This document shows, piece after piece, positions 35,732 through 47,600 of a stretch of DNA of 61,944 nt. The translations under genes were made by a program, and so were the position numbers. Under the pieces are notes generated by a model. That model was not told the DNA's origin. It was given only the letters and a program-made list of their open reading frames with translations, and made no database searches. The stretch's first letter is position 1. Each line of letters opens with the position of its first letter. The stretch is from a virus (Duplodnaviria > Caudoviricetes). Location of the stretch: the IMG/VR virus record IMGVR_UViG_3300032268_000572, positions 1-61,944 of that record. One strand, 5' to 3'.

Positions 35732-37513
35732 ATGGGCATCTTCAAGAAAGACCCTGAGCCTAAAAAGCGCTCGCGTTCTTCAATCCGTGCGACAAGTGCA
35801 GGGGCTTCTATTTCTACGTCTAGGGCAATAGTTCCTTCTGACGTTTTTACTACAAATGGAACCCCAGCTCAGGCCCTTGCTTACAATGCCCCTAGAGCCC
35901 TAACCGCTGCTGCGGTGCAAATTAAACTTGGTGACCGTGACGAAGCAATACTTTTCAAAGAGAGACGTTCAGCTTCCTCATCCATGTGGCAAGCAGAGGC
36001 TTGGGAATACTACGACGCTATCGGCGAAGTTAAGTATGCCTTCAACCTTGTTGCCTCAGTTGTCTCCCGTATCAAGCTTTACCCAGCAATTGTATCTAAC
36101 CCTGCTGAAACTCCTACAGCTGTCAAGAACGTTGAAAGCGAAGAAGATGTACGTTTACTGAAAGCAGCTGAGCGTGCGCTAGCTCGCTTGGACTCAGCTT
36201 ATGGCGGTCAGACTGGACTGCTAAGAGATGCAGCTCTGAATCTTCAGGTAACTGGAGAGTGCTACCTAGCTCAGACTCCTGCACGACCAGGCCACGGAGT
36301 TCCAGAGTCATGGGACATTCGCTCGGTTGATGAAATCCAAACTGACAGTAAGGGAAACTACTTCATCATTCCACGCCGTGAACTGAAGAGCACAACTTCT
36401 GGTGGAACAGCTAAGAAGGGTGCTATCTCACTTCCTAAGAACTCTTTTGTTGGACGTATTTGGAAGTCACACCCGCGCTTTACAGAAGAAGCTGACTCGA
36501 GCATGCGAGGTATCCTAGACCTTTGCGCTGAGCTTCTACTTCTAAACAGAACCTTCCGTGCAACTGCACGTTCACGCTTGAACGCTGGTGCTCTTTACTT
36601 ACCAGACGGTCTCAGTGTTGCAGCTACTCCAGACCCTGACTACCCTTACGACGATGCAGATGGCATTTACAACGAGCCAACTCCAGAGGAGTTAGAAGAC
36701 GAGTTCGAGGACCAGCTCATCGACGCGATGACTACTCCTATTAAAGATGAAGACTCAGCGTCTGCCGTTGTTCCTCTCATTATTCGTGGACCTGCTGAGC
36801 TTGGTGACGCAATCAAGCAGTTTAAGTTTGAGCGCTCATTCGACCCTGCACTTGCAGAGCGTTCTGACAGAGTACTAGAGCGCATTATGCAGGGCCTAGA
36901 CGTCCCTAAGGACATTGTTACGGGCCTAGCAAATGTTAAGTACTCCAACGCACTTCAGATTGATGAGAGCTTGTACAAGGCGCACATCGAGCCTCTGATG
37001 CTAATTATTGCTGACTCGCTAACAGTTGTTTACTTGCGCCCATACCTACTTGCAAATGGATTCAGCGAAGCAGAAGTTGACCGTGTTGTTGTTTGGTACG
37101 ACCCTTCACAGGTTGCTACTCGTAACGACCGAGCTGCAGATGCTGACAGTGGATTTGACAAGATGGCAGTTTCATTTGAGAGCTGGCGTAAAGCTCACGG
37201 ATTCTCCGAGACCGACGCCCCAAGTCCTAATGAAGTTGCTCTAAGACTTCTAATTCAGCGTGGAGCTATTACTCCAGAACTGACTGAAGGAATGCTTAAG
37301 TCTGTTGCCCCAGAAGTTTTCCAAAAAATTCAGGAAATGAATCAGCAGGCTAGCCCAGCCCCTCTAAGCCCAGACATTATGCAGGCAGCTCAGGGGATTC
37401 CAGTAGCTGAAGAAGTTCCTGCAGAATTAGCAGAACCAACAACCGAAACACCTACTCCCACCCCTACCGAAGCAGAAGAACCTCCAGTTCCTCTAGCAGA
37501 GCCAACCACCTAA
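35732..37513 (+). CDS. portal protein
   Basis: WQAEAWEYYDAIGEVKYA, NLQVTGE, RIWKSHPR..ADS, RSRL..G; position after terL. Confidence 0.85.
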   Translation: MGIFKKDPEPKKRSRSSIRATSAGASISTSRAIVPSDVFTTNGTPAQALAYNAPRALTAAAVQIKLGDRDEAILFKERRSASSSMWQAEAWEYYDAIGEVKYAFNLVASVVSRIKLYPAIVSNPAETPTAVKNVESEEDVRLLKAAERALARLDSAYGGQTGLLRDAALNLQVTGECYLAQTPARPGHGVPESWDIRSVDEIQTDSKGNYFIIPRRELKSTTSGGTAKKGAISLPKNSFVGRIWKSHPRFTEEADSSMRGILDLCAELLLLNRTFRATARSRLNAGALYLPDGLSVAATPDPDYPYDDADGIYNEPTPEELEDEFEDQLIDAMTTPIKDEDSASAVVPLIIRGPAELGDAIKQFKFERSFDPALAERSDRVLERIMQGLDVPKDIVTGLANVKYSNALQIDESLYKAHIEPLMLIIADSLTVVYLRPYLLANGFSEAEVDRVVVWYDPSQVATRNDRAADADSGFDKMAVSFESWRKAHGFSETDAPSPNEVALRLLIQRGAITPELTEGMLKSVAPEVFQKIQEMNQQASPAPLSPDIMQAAQGIPVAEEVPAELAEPTTETPTPTPTEAEEPPVPLAEPTT

Positions 37514-37526
37514 GGATAAATAAATT

Positions 37527-38072
37527 ATGAACGATTACTACGAGATGGAAGATGCTTCTTCTAACCCTAAAGATGCACTAGCTTCTCAGCTTGCTAAGTT
37601 ACTTGCCGACACAGTCAACCTATCTTACCTAGCACAAGGTGCTCACTGGAACGTTAAAGGTTCTGACTTTTACCAAATGCATAAGTTTTTTGGCAAGATT
37701 TATGAAGATGTCTCGGGTTCAATAGACCCGCTCGGCGAGAGCATTCTTAAGATGGGCTACGACGCTCCTTACCTACTTTCTGACTTTTCAGCTTTCACTT
37801 CAATAATGCCAATGAGAGTTACCACTGGAGACAAGATGGAGTTTGCTCAAGCTCTATACATTGCTAACCAAGAAATGCTTAGTTGCTTGAACACAGGTTT
37901 CTCTCTAGCAGACGCCTCTAACCAGCAAGGCGTTGCTGACTTCCTAGCTGGAAGAATTGAAATGCATCAGAAGTGGGAGTGGCAACTACGTTCTACTCTT
38001 GGCGTAACTTCCGCCCCTCAGGTTGAGGTAGAGGGAATAGCTCCTTATGCCGAAAACCCGATTCAGTACTGA
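37527..38072 (+). CDS. dps: Dps / ferritin-like DNA protection protein
   Basis: AHWNVKGSDF..MHKFFG.IYED..D.LGE, H.KW.WQL. Confidence 0.9.
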   Translation: MNDYYEMEDASSNPKDALASQLAKLLADTVNLSYLAQGAHWNVKGSDFYQMHKFFGKIYEDVSGSIDPLGESILKMGYDAPYLLSDFSAFTSIMPMRVTTGDKMEFAQALYIANQEMLSCLNTGFSLADASNQQGVADFLAGRIEMHQKWEWQLRSTLGVTSAPQVEVEGIAPYAENPIQY

Positions 38073-41000
38073 GTTAATTGGCGAGTTTGCTTTAACAGCT
38101 GGGGCCAATGATGAGACCAGTGCTGAAAAGCGGGCTCGTGTTGCTACTCAGCTAAGAGACCGCTATGGCCGTTGGGTCGATATGGGTCGCGGTGTTAAAT
38201 TTAAAGTACGTTTACCAAACGGCAAATACCACAACGCACTGGGTCCTTTCACTGGAGATATGACTCCAGATGGTAGAGGCTACATAAAAGTAGAAAACGA
38301 CCCCTACCTACCTAATGGCAACTACCCAGTAGCTTCCAAAAACGCTCAGCAGTATATTGCCCTACTTACTGACGAAGACTTAGCTCAACAAGGCATCGAG
38401 CTAGGTAAAGACGTTGACGGCAATGTAGTTACCGCAAGAGAAGACTCTTCAATTCCTGACCTTGCTGACTTAATAGCAGAAGGAATAGTTTCTGGTTCTC
38501 CTAATAAAGAATTACGTTCTAGCATCACAGGCGAAGAAATCCAAGACATAAAAATTTCAAGCATTGCCAAAGCCTTAAAAGCCGAGGGACGCTTCCCAGT
38601 TCCAAGGCAGAGCTCTCTAGACACTTGGGGCAAAACCTCCGATGTTACAAAAGGCGCGAAGATAGACTACTCAAAAGTTTACGAAGGTATGAGTTCTGAA
38701 GACCCAGAGTTTGCAGAAAAATACCCAACCTTTAATAGTTTTTGGGACAGAGTTGTAGACCTTGCTGTAGACGAGAGGACTCAATCTCCAAACGACTTAA
38801 ACCAAATTAACCAAGAAATGAAGGAAATAAACAAAGGCTACGCTAAGCACGTTCTAGGACTAGACCCAGAAAATGGAACTTTTACTGTTTACAGAAACGC
38901 TATCAATAATGCATTTGAAGAAAAAGACGCTGCAGTTGGATATGTTTCAACTAGTAAAAACCTAGCTTTCGACTACAACGCTGGCACAAGGGCGGGCGAA
39001 CAAGCAAACGGACGCTACGAGATAACAGTAAAGCCAGACGAAGTAAATGGAATGATTGGCTATAGCCAAGTAGAAGACGAGTATGCGCTGACTATTGGTC
39101 AAGGAGTGACTTACCAAGAGGGAAGAGTTAAAAAAGTTGGAGAACTAGAAACTGTTAAAGTAGCTCCTTGGCATGAAGAGGCAGTCGGAAAATTAAAAAG
39201 AGGACAAGGAGCCACTCCTTTTAGGGGCCACTCTTTTGTTGGTCAGTTTGACTTCTTACCAATATCAAAAAACCCCATGCAGGTTGATAAATTACAAGAC
39301 TTCCTTGACGACAACAACATGACAATGGACGATTGGAAGAACAAATTTGACGAGCTCCACGGAGAAGGGGCCTACCAACGTTTTAAAGACTCAGGCCGTG
39401 AAAACCAAGTTTCCTTACAATCTCTAGAAAGGATGTTTGTTGACCTAGGTGACGGCACTTACGGACTAGACATAACCAAGCTTAGCCCTGCTGGCAACGA
39501 CAGCGCAGGTAGCGGTTCCTACGGCGATGCCCAAAACCCAAGTAGCTTTCTTAACGACTACGTTGACAACAAACTAAAGTTTCTCTCACTAATCCAAGAG
39601 ATAACTGGTGAGCCTTTTATGGTCCACAAGAACAACTCTCGAAATAAAGAAGTAGTAGAAAAGGTCAGCCCGCCCGAGCCCGAAGCTGAAAAAATTTCAA
39701 TTTCCGAACTCCCAAACGACACTACAGACTTTGATGAAGAAATTCTTAGTTCTGATTTTGACCAGATAAAGTTTGACATAGCTAAGGCTCCAGACGCAGA
39801 AGAATCTTACGCCCTTTACCAATACCAAGGACCTAAATATGAAGACATAAACAAGTTTGCTAGAGAAAATCCAAACTATAAAGAATCCGAAAATGACCCT
39901 TTGGCAACACGTTTTGCAGAAGAAACAAAGACAATTAACAAAATAGACAGTGCCTTTGAAAACATAAAAATTGCTGAAGACGTTACTGTTTATAGAGGGG
40001 CTGCAATCTCTAAAAGCAGATACGAATCTTTGCTTACAATAAAGCCCGGCGATAAGTTAGTTGACAGCGCTTACATGTCTACCTCTGTTAGCCCGAAAGT
40101 GGCAAAGGGGTTCGCGTACGGTGTTTTTGAGGATGATAAAACTAAGGCAGATGCGCTTGTTCTCAACAAGACTCCAGTTATTTACAAAATTAACGTAAAA
40201 GCTGGACAGCCTGCAATTAGAGTAAGAGACTACACAACCGCTGATGACTTAGGCGAGTCAGAAATTCTTTTATCTAGGGGGGCGTCAATTAAAGTTACAA
40301 ATGTTTCAAAAACTACCTTTGACCCCTTAACTGAAGATGGAGATAGCGTTGAAGTACTTGTTATTGAGGGTGAATACGAGCCAGTTGAAGAATACGTTCA
40401 GCCTCAGTCCTTAAAATTGATTGACAATCCAAAGTCTTCTGAACCAGCCAAAGCCGAGTCAGACACAATCATCGTCGACGGCACAAACACTATTACAGAC
40501 AGAAAAGGTAACACCATCAACTCAGGTGAAGAAGTGGAAATCTCATACGCTATTTATGAAGTTGGTAAGGGCTCTAGAAATGCTGAAAAACCACTAAAAG
40601 CTATTTTTACTGGCTATAAAGAGTCTGATTTTTCTGCTGGAAAAGGTATTGAAACAAAAAACCGTGCTATTTTATACGTTCCAGCGCAGGAAGGAACACT
40701 TGCTGGTTATTACGGAGTAAGTCCATATGTTTTAAATGCAGACCCTAATTCTGATGATTTTAGAGGCGTTGGTGGCACTTCTCCAGTAGATATTGACGGA
40801 TTTAGCGAAAAAAATGCTCTTCCTAGCCCAAAACAAATGACCCCCCTTTCGGAACAAGAGGCAGAATCTGTAATTGACTACACCAACCACAAAGGAAGTT
40901 ACGTAGAAATCAATTCATCCCTAAGAAATGAATCTGTGTCCCCAGAAACTCAAGAAAAAATTGACGTTTTAGATAAAATTATTGGATATAACCAAATTTT

Positions 41001-41355
41001 AGAGGACCAAGACTACTATAGAGGCATTCCTATCCCCCTAGGCCTCACTTTAAAAGAATTTTTAACTAGTTTAGAATCTGGCGAGATAGAAGAGCTCGAG
41101 GAAACTGGCTTTTCTTCAACATCTACTGACGAAAAAATGGCTTCAATCTTTGCTAACAAGTATTTTGGCGGTGGCGTAGTGCTACGTATTAGGGCTAAAG
41201 CTGGGCAAAATGCTTATTATGTCCCTAAGTTCTTGGCTGGGGTTATAGCTAACGAAAACGAAGTAATTCTGCCTAGAGGGCTAAAGTATAAAATAATTAA
41301 TTACGAATTTGACCCCCAAGAAGACAAAGTTTTACTAAACGTAGAAATAGGATAG
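38047..41355 (+). CDS. protein with three ADP-ribosyltransferase domains (two clearly VIP2-like)
   Basis: three R-STS-ExE triads: VYRN/STS/EDE (~38860-39130), VYRG/MSTS/ESE (~39790-40380), YYRG/SSTS/ENE (~40850-41350). Confidence 0.85.
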   Translation: MPKTRFSTELIGEFALTAGANDETSAEKRARVATQLRDRYGRWVDMGRGVKFKVRLPNGKYHNALGPFTGDMTPDGRGYIKVENDPYLPNGNYPVASKNAQQYIALLTDEDLAQQGIELGKDVDGNVVTAREDSSIPDLADLIAEGIVSGSPNKELRSSITGEEIQDIKISSIAKALKAEGRFPVPRQSSLDTWGKTSDVTKGAKIDYSKVYEGMSSEDPEFAEKYPTFNSFWDRVVDLAVDERTQSPNDLNQINQEMKEINKGYAKHVLGLDPENGTFTVYRNAINNAFEEKDAAVGYVSTSKNLAFDYNAGTRAGEQANGRYEITVKPDEVNGMIGYSQVEDEYALTIGQGVTYQEGRVKKVGELETVKVAPWHEEAVGKLKRGQGATPFRGHSFVGQFDFLPISKNPMQVDKLQDFLDDNNMTMDDWKNKFDELHGEGAYQRFKDSGRENQVSLQSLERMFVDLGDGTYGLDITKLSPAGNDSAGSGSYGDAQNPSSFLNDYVDNKLKFLSLIQEITGEPFMVHKNNSRNKEVVEKVSPPEPEAEKISISELPNDTTDFDEEILSSDFDQIKFDIAKAPDAEESYALYQYQGPKYEDINKFARENPNYKESENDPLATRFAEETKTINKIDSAFENIKIAEDVTVYRGAAISKSRYESLLTIKPGDKLVDSAYMSTSVSPKVAKGFAYGVFEDDKTKADALVLNKTPVIYKINVKAGQPAIRVRDYTTADDLGESEILLSRGASIKVTNVSKTTFDPLTEDGDSVEVLVIEGEYEPVEEYVQPQSLKLIDNPKSSEPAKAESDTIIVDGTNTITDRKGNTINSGEEVEISYAIYEVGKGSRNAEKPLKAIFTGYKESDFSAGKGIETKNRAILYVPAQEGTLAGYYGVSPYVLNADPNSDDFRGVGGTSPVDIDGFSEKNALPSPKQMTPLSEQEAESVIDYTNHKGSYVEINSSLRNESVSPETQEKIDVLDKIIGYNQILEDQDYYRGIPIPLGLTLKEFLTSLESGEIEELEETGFSSTSTDEKMASIFANKYFGGGVVLRIRAKAGQNAYYVPKFLAGVIANENEVILPRGLKYKIINYEFDPQEDKVLLNVEIG

Positions 41356-41364
41356 ACTAAAATC

Positions 41365-41589
41365 ATGGAAAAAGATAAAACCCCTAAAAAACCATTCCCA
41401 GCTCAGAAAAGCTCCCTAGGTGAGAGAATGAACGACACCTCTGCCATGATGATTAAGAAAGATGGCAAGTGGGTTTGGCTTGATACAGGGGAAGAAGTAG
41501 AAAATCCTCCCGAGGATGGCACTCCTACTTTAGAACCAGACAAAAAAGAAAAAGAGTACGGCGAATTTTATAAGCCTTCAGACAAATAA
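41365..41589 (+). CDS. small hypothetical protein after the ART gene
   Basis: 74-aa ORF 9 bp after the stop. Confidence 0.6.
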   Translation: MEKDKTPKKPFPAQKSSLGERMNDTSAMMIKKDGKWVWLDTGEEVENPPEDGTPTLEPDKKEKEYGEFYKPSDK

Positions 41590-41665
41590 ACAGCTAAATA
41601 ATAAGATAGAATCTTTCTATTGCTTCTTTTAGCAATTAGTGTTACGTGCATAATGAGGAAGGCCA

Positions 41666-44600
41666 TTGGGCGTGAAATCTGAAATTCATGCTCTGATTGC
41701 GTCCTTGGTCTTCAACCAAGAGACTCCATCGGAGCCACAGGATTTCTCAGTATCCAAAATTACTGAGTCGGTGTCGCTACTGGTCGAAAACGGCAATGAC
41801 GGAGTTGCCCCAGAGCGTAGAGCCACTTTAAAATCTGCCCTTATTGTTGCAGAGCGTTCCTTAGTTGCCAGTGCAAATCGTAAGCTTGAGACTAGAGCCT
41901 TCAACCTAGTCAGAGACGTAACTAATTTCATCACCCTATCTAAAGATGGCAGAGTAGGTGAGTTTGCTCCGACTAACACAGACTTACTTTCTATTGGACA
42001 CCCTCTTTCTACAGCCCCGCACTCTATGGGGACTAAAGAGCTAAGAACTGCTCGCTCTAGGTGGATTGCAGCTGACCCAAGAATTTCTGTAGAGTATCGC
42101 GCTCTAGTTTCCTCAGCTTATGGTTCAGAACCTAACTCTGTAGAGCAGAACTTTGCAATTGCAAGATTGCAAGCTCTACCTAAAGGCTCGATACCAGCTG
42201 AACTTATTATTTCTTCCACCATAGAAGCTTTAACTGCTGGAATTGGTGATGGAAACTCTTCTGCTGCACGTAGAGCCCGCGTAAAGCTACAGTGGCGTGA
42301 CAGGTATGGACGCTGGGTGGAAATGGGCCGTGGCACCATGTTCAAGCTACGTATGCGTGACGGTTCTATTAAAGACGTTAGAGGAAAGTTTGTTGGTGGA
42401 ACTTCCAGCCCAGCTTTTGGACGTGTACTTGTTCGTAATAGCGGAGACGCTAACATTCCAGATGCTGTATACCTAGTCAACTCTAGAAATGGAGAAGTTT
42501 TTGACTTCGAGCTTGCTGAAGGAATTCTAGAAAAATCTGGAATTGATGCTTCTAAGGTCGAAAAGCCTGCAACTATCACAGAGCAACTTGATAAAGACAT
42601 TCAAAACATTGCAACCATTAGAACACTCTCTCCTAACTCACTGGATGACGAGCTTGCTGGTGGCTCTACTGACGAAGAAAAAGCTACTGCTAAAGAGTTA
42701 CAAGAAAAGTCACCTATCGCTAAGTTGCCAGCAGGCGCCGAAGCTGAGTCCGTTCCTCAAGAAGCCCTAGTTAACTTTGACGAAAAGTCTTTTGCTGAAA
42801 AAGTAGCTTTCAACACCGACGTTGACATTCCACTTGTTGACCAAAGATTTAAAGAATTTTTAAGCAAAGATAAGAACCTAAAAAACACCCTTGACCCTAA
42901 AAAGTTTGGCAAGTACCTAAGCTCAGACTCGCCAGTTTCAGACGCCCTGTCTGACTTTGATGCTGGCACTATAAACAAACAAGACTTGGTCAACATGTTC
43001 GAAGAGGGCTCATACGAAACTAGCTTGGGCGGTAAGAATAAAGAGCTATCTAACGTTCTACAGGGCTTGGGAGACTACTTTAAGAAAGACTATGACCCTC
43101 AAGACTACTCAGACGCAGATAAGTCAGAGCCTATTGCTTTGTTGCCAGAAACAGTCCCCACAGCTCCAGTAGCTGAAGGCGGAATACTAGAGGGCTTTGA
43201 CTACGACAAGGCAAAAGCAGATTCAAGCTATGTCGACTCTTTCTTGGATGGATTCGACGCTGGTGTCTACGCTGCTCCTGAAAAGGACATCTCTGTTTTA
43301 ACAGACTCTCAGAAAGAGGCTTACGAAGCTGGACTGTCATTAGGTGACAAGAAAAACACTGAAGCTTTAGTACTCGCTCAAGATGAATTCCCTAGGTACG
43401 GTCAAGAAGGTTTTGAGGCGGACTCGAAGCAAGCACTTTCTGAAGCTATCTCTGAAATTTCAAAGCCTTTCTATGACGAGCTTGAAAAACAGCAGGCCGA
43501 ATCTATGGCTAATGAAGCTCAAGCCACAGAAGAAGACAAAGTTGTAGGAGAGAGATTCACTGAGTGGCAGGTTCCAGCTGGAGCTTACCCACTTCAAAAT
43601 CAAGAACCTTACGAGGCGTCTGGGGCTCTTTCTGACATCTATGGTGCAGATGCAACTGATGACCCTAAAGTACTTGCTAGCTCTTTTGACTCTGAAATTT
43701 TGGAAGAAGCTTTAACTAAATCTATATCTGGTGATGGAGATTCAGAAGTCGATTTTGCAGATGCAGGACCAGTACCAATTCCAGCTGAAGCTCTCTACGA
43801 TGCTCTACGCGAGCAGGGTGTAAACGCTGACTCAGTTGTTGCAAAAGCATATGATGCTATTTCTGGTAAGAGCGAAAATCAAATCAACCTAAAGTCTTTT
43901 AGAGAAAAAAAGCCTGCAGGACAAATTGCCAAGCTAGACGCAAAGGTCATCGAGAAGTCTTCTGCTACCGAGCTAAACAAGTTTTTAGTTAAAGACGAAT
44001 TAGCAGGTAAAGCAGTAGACCTAATTGAAGCAGGCAAAACTGGAGATGGTTTTGGAGATGCTGACCTTCAAATTCTTGCCGACTCAATTAACTCAATTGA
44101 AATACCAAAGACTCAGCCAATAGATTTCTTAGAGCGTCCAGTAGGAAAGCTTCTAGCAGAATACTTACCTTGGGCGTTTAGTGATGACGAAAGCAAGAAG
44201 CAGGCTTTCAGGGGTCTTCTTGGTTTGGTTACTATTTCTGACGGCCACGAAGGTCTTGTTACCGACAAAGGCGGAGTTCTAGACAAAATCTTCAAGAAGT
44301 CTGAGTTCTACGACGAATCTGCACAGGACCCAACAGCAAAGCTTAGAGAAGCAATCTACCCAGATGGTTACACTTACACTGACTTCCTAAAAAGTAAGTC
44401 CAGAGTTGCTATTGGAGAAGAAGATGGCAATAGCCCAAACTCTTTTGCTGGAGCTACTTACAAACTAGCTGCAAAGCTTTCTAAAGAACAGACCACAGAC
44501 TCTCCAGGTGGATTTGCTAGAGGAATTATCAACCCTGGCCAAGAGGCTATAGACGCTTACACTACTGTTGGCAACGTCGTAAACATGGACTTAAGACCAT

Positions 44601-47600
44601 TCAGCGGTACTTACAACGAAGCTGCTAAATTTGCCAAGCTTTCCTTCCCAAGCAAACAGCCTGACGCAATCATTTTTACTCTAGAAGGCGCTCTTGAGGG
44701 AATAGACACTAGAGCACTAAGCAACTACTCAGAAGAAGCTGAAATTCTTGCTAGCGGTAAATACGAAGTTGTAGAGGCTACCAAGCTTGATGGCCCTGCA
44801 GGTGGCTCAAAGTATGTAGATAGAAGAGTATTCGAAGTAACTTTAAAGCCAGTAGATAAAGAACAGGGTATAGACCTAACTAAGTTTAAAACAGTAGATA
44901 AGATGGTTTCGCTTCTTCAAATAGGAGACTTAGTACCTAAAACTTTTCTCACAAGTAAGGGCGCTCAAGATGCTGTATCTGAAGAGCGAAAAAAGGACCC
45001 AAACTTTGAACTTCCACCCTTAGAGGAGGTTGTCGGGTTTAAAGCATCTGACGGCTTTATGGAAAAAATAGTTGTATTAAAAAACTTAAAAACTGGGGAA
45101 ACAAGGGACTTCAGAGCTCGGGGGACAACAGTTCTTGTAGACGTTCGTGTTCCAATAGACAGTAAACTTCCTGGTGACAATAGTCCACGCTTGCTACCGA
45201 AAGAAGGCAAGCCATCTGGAGAACCAGAGTTCTACATAGCTAACCTTGACGACTTATCAATGGTCTACGACCTTAAAGACTACAAGCAGGTTTCTGGCCA
45301 ACTTGGTTCAAACAAGGGTGGAATTTTTGAAGACTCTACTGGCAAGCAGATTTACGTTAAAGAGCCTAAGACAGACTTGCACGGAGATAATGAGGTTCTA
45401 GCTTCGGCTCTCTACGAGCTAGCAGGAGTGCCAGCTGTAAAGGTAAGAAATGGAGAGCTAGCTGATGGCACCAAAGTTACTTTCTCCGAAATGGTTCCAA
45501 ACTCTAATGCTGACTTTGCTCAAAAGGTAAACGACCCTGAATACCGCAAAAAAGTCCAAGACGGCTTTGTTGTAGACGCTTGGCTTGCCAACTGGGACGT
45601 TGCTGGTACTGGATTTGACAACATTGTTTCAGATGCCAACGATGAGCCTGTACGTGTAGACCCAGGTGGCGCTCTACTATTCCGCGCCCAAGGAGCACCT
45701 AAGGGAAATGCCTTTAACGACAAGGTTACAGAGCTAGAAACCCTTGTAGACCCTAGCCAAAACGCTTGGTCAGCCAAGACCTTCCAAGACATGTCTGAGC
45801 AGGACAAGGCAGAATCTGCCAAGAAGCTGCTTGACATTTCCAACGAAGACATAGATAATTATGTCAATGCTTCTATTACCGATGAAGAGGCAAGAACCAA
45901 GCTTTCAGACATACTGAAGGCCCGTAGAGCTACAATTTTAAACAGATATTCGCTAGAAGAAGGAGTTAAAGATGGCGGAGCAGGACAACAGCAACCAGAA
46001 CCAGGAAGTTCAGCTGGACCCGAAGGACAAGGAATTGTTCCTGAAGACGTGGAACCTCAAGGAGGGGGAGTTGACGGACAAGGAGATTCAGATGGCAATC
46101 GACCTTGGGCAACTCTAGAAAATAAACTAGAGCCACACTCTAGAACTCAAGAAATACAGGAGTCAGGTTCACCTACCCCAGACATTTATGAACTGGACGC
46201 GGAAAAATACGCAACCGATTTCGTCAAGATGATGGAGAAGCTGAAAGAAAACAATAAGCACGCTTCTTCCGTATACATTTATGACTTAGAAGATTACAAG
46301 AAGATGCGCTTGTTCTCAACAGCTGACGGTACTGCAGGATTTGGATTAAAGCCAGACGGAGACATTGTTTCCGTATTTGTTTACGGCGACTCGCCTCACA
46401 AGGGAACTTCAGCCAACTTACTAGCTCAAGCCGTTGAGCTCGGTGGTAACAAGCTTGACGCTTACGACACAATTCTTCCTAAAATTTACGCCAAGGCTGG
46501 ATTTAGAACTATTTCTAGAGTTCCTTGGAATGAAGACGAAGCCGATTCTTCTTGGGACAAAGAACTTTACAAAGACTTTAAAAACGGAGAGCCTGACGTA
46601 GTTGCTATGGCTTACGACCCAACTAGATTTGGCTCTACTTATGACCCAACCGAGGGTGAGTACTTTGACGACTACAACGACGCTATGGCAGCTCGTGACC
46701 AGTGGATAGTAAACAACCAAACACCTTCAGAGCCAAACTTTTCTAGCCCAACTGCTATCGACACTTCTGAAGGTTCCAACCTAGAAGAGCAACTACAACA
46801 AGCTATTGATAATGGCGAGTCCGTTTCGTTTAACTACAACGACAAGGCACGTGTTGTTATTCCTAAGAGCATTTGGACTAACCCAAAGAATGGAAACGTA
46901 AATCTCTACGCCATCGACGAAGATGGAAACAAGAAAAACTACACCGTTAGCAAGATTCAGCCTTCTACAGCTTTAGAGGCTGGAGAAGAGTCAGGTTTCT
47001 TTGAAGAGCCCACTGGTGACAACGTTCCAGAGCTGTCTGGTTACACGCTAGAGCAGGCTTCTAACGGAACTTACTACGCCCCTAACATCACCGCAGAAGA
47101 TATTTATGCTCTAAGGAATGGGGAGAAAAAGCCTTCTCAGTTCCCCTTTGCTGTAACCAACGACCCAGCTAATGGAAACGTTCTTTACTTTGACAAAAAT
47201 GGAGTCAAGCGTTGGGGACAGTTTGGTGCCTCAGGTGCCGTTCTAAAAAGAGACACTAACAACGGTTCTTATGAAGTTCTTTTGGTTAAGCGTAGCTCAC
47301 AGAATTCTACTGACCAAGGATTTTGGTCCGTACCTAGTGGTGCCCACAACAACATCGAAGATGTAAATGTGCCGGGTGCAACCTCTAAGAGGGAACTCAC
47401 CGAGGAACTAGGAATTGTTCTAGGAACAAGTAACATAAACAGCGTTGAAGTTGAAGTGAGCCCAGAGGATTGGAATTTTACTTACGACATCATAAACGTA
47501 GACCCAGCTATGGACCTAGCAAGCATCTCTACTCTAAACAAAGAAATAGAAGAATACACTTGGGTCAACCCTCAGCAGTTAGTTCAGATGGAGAGTGAAG

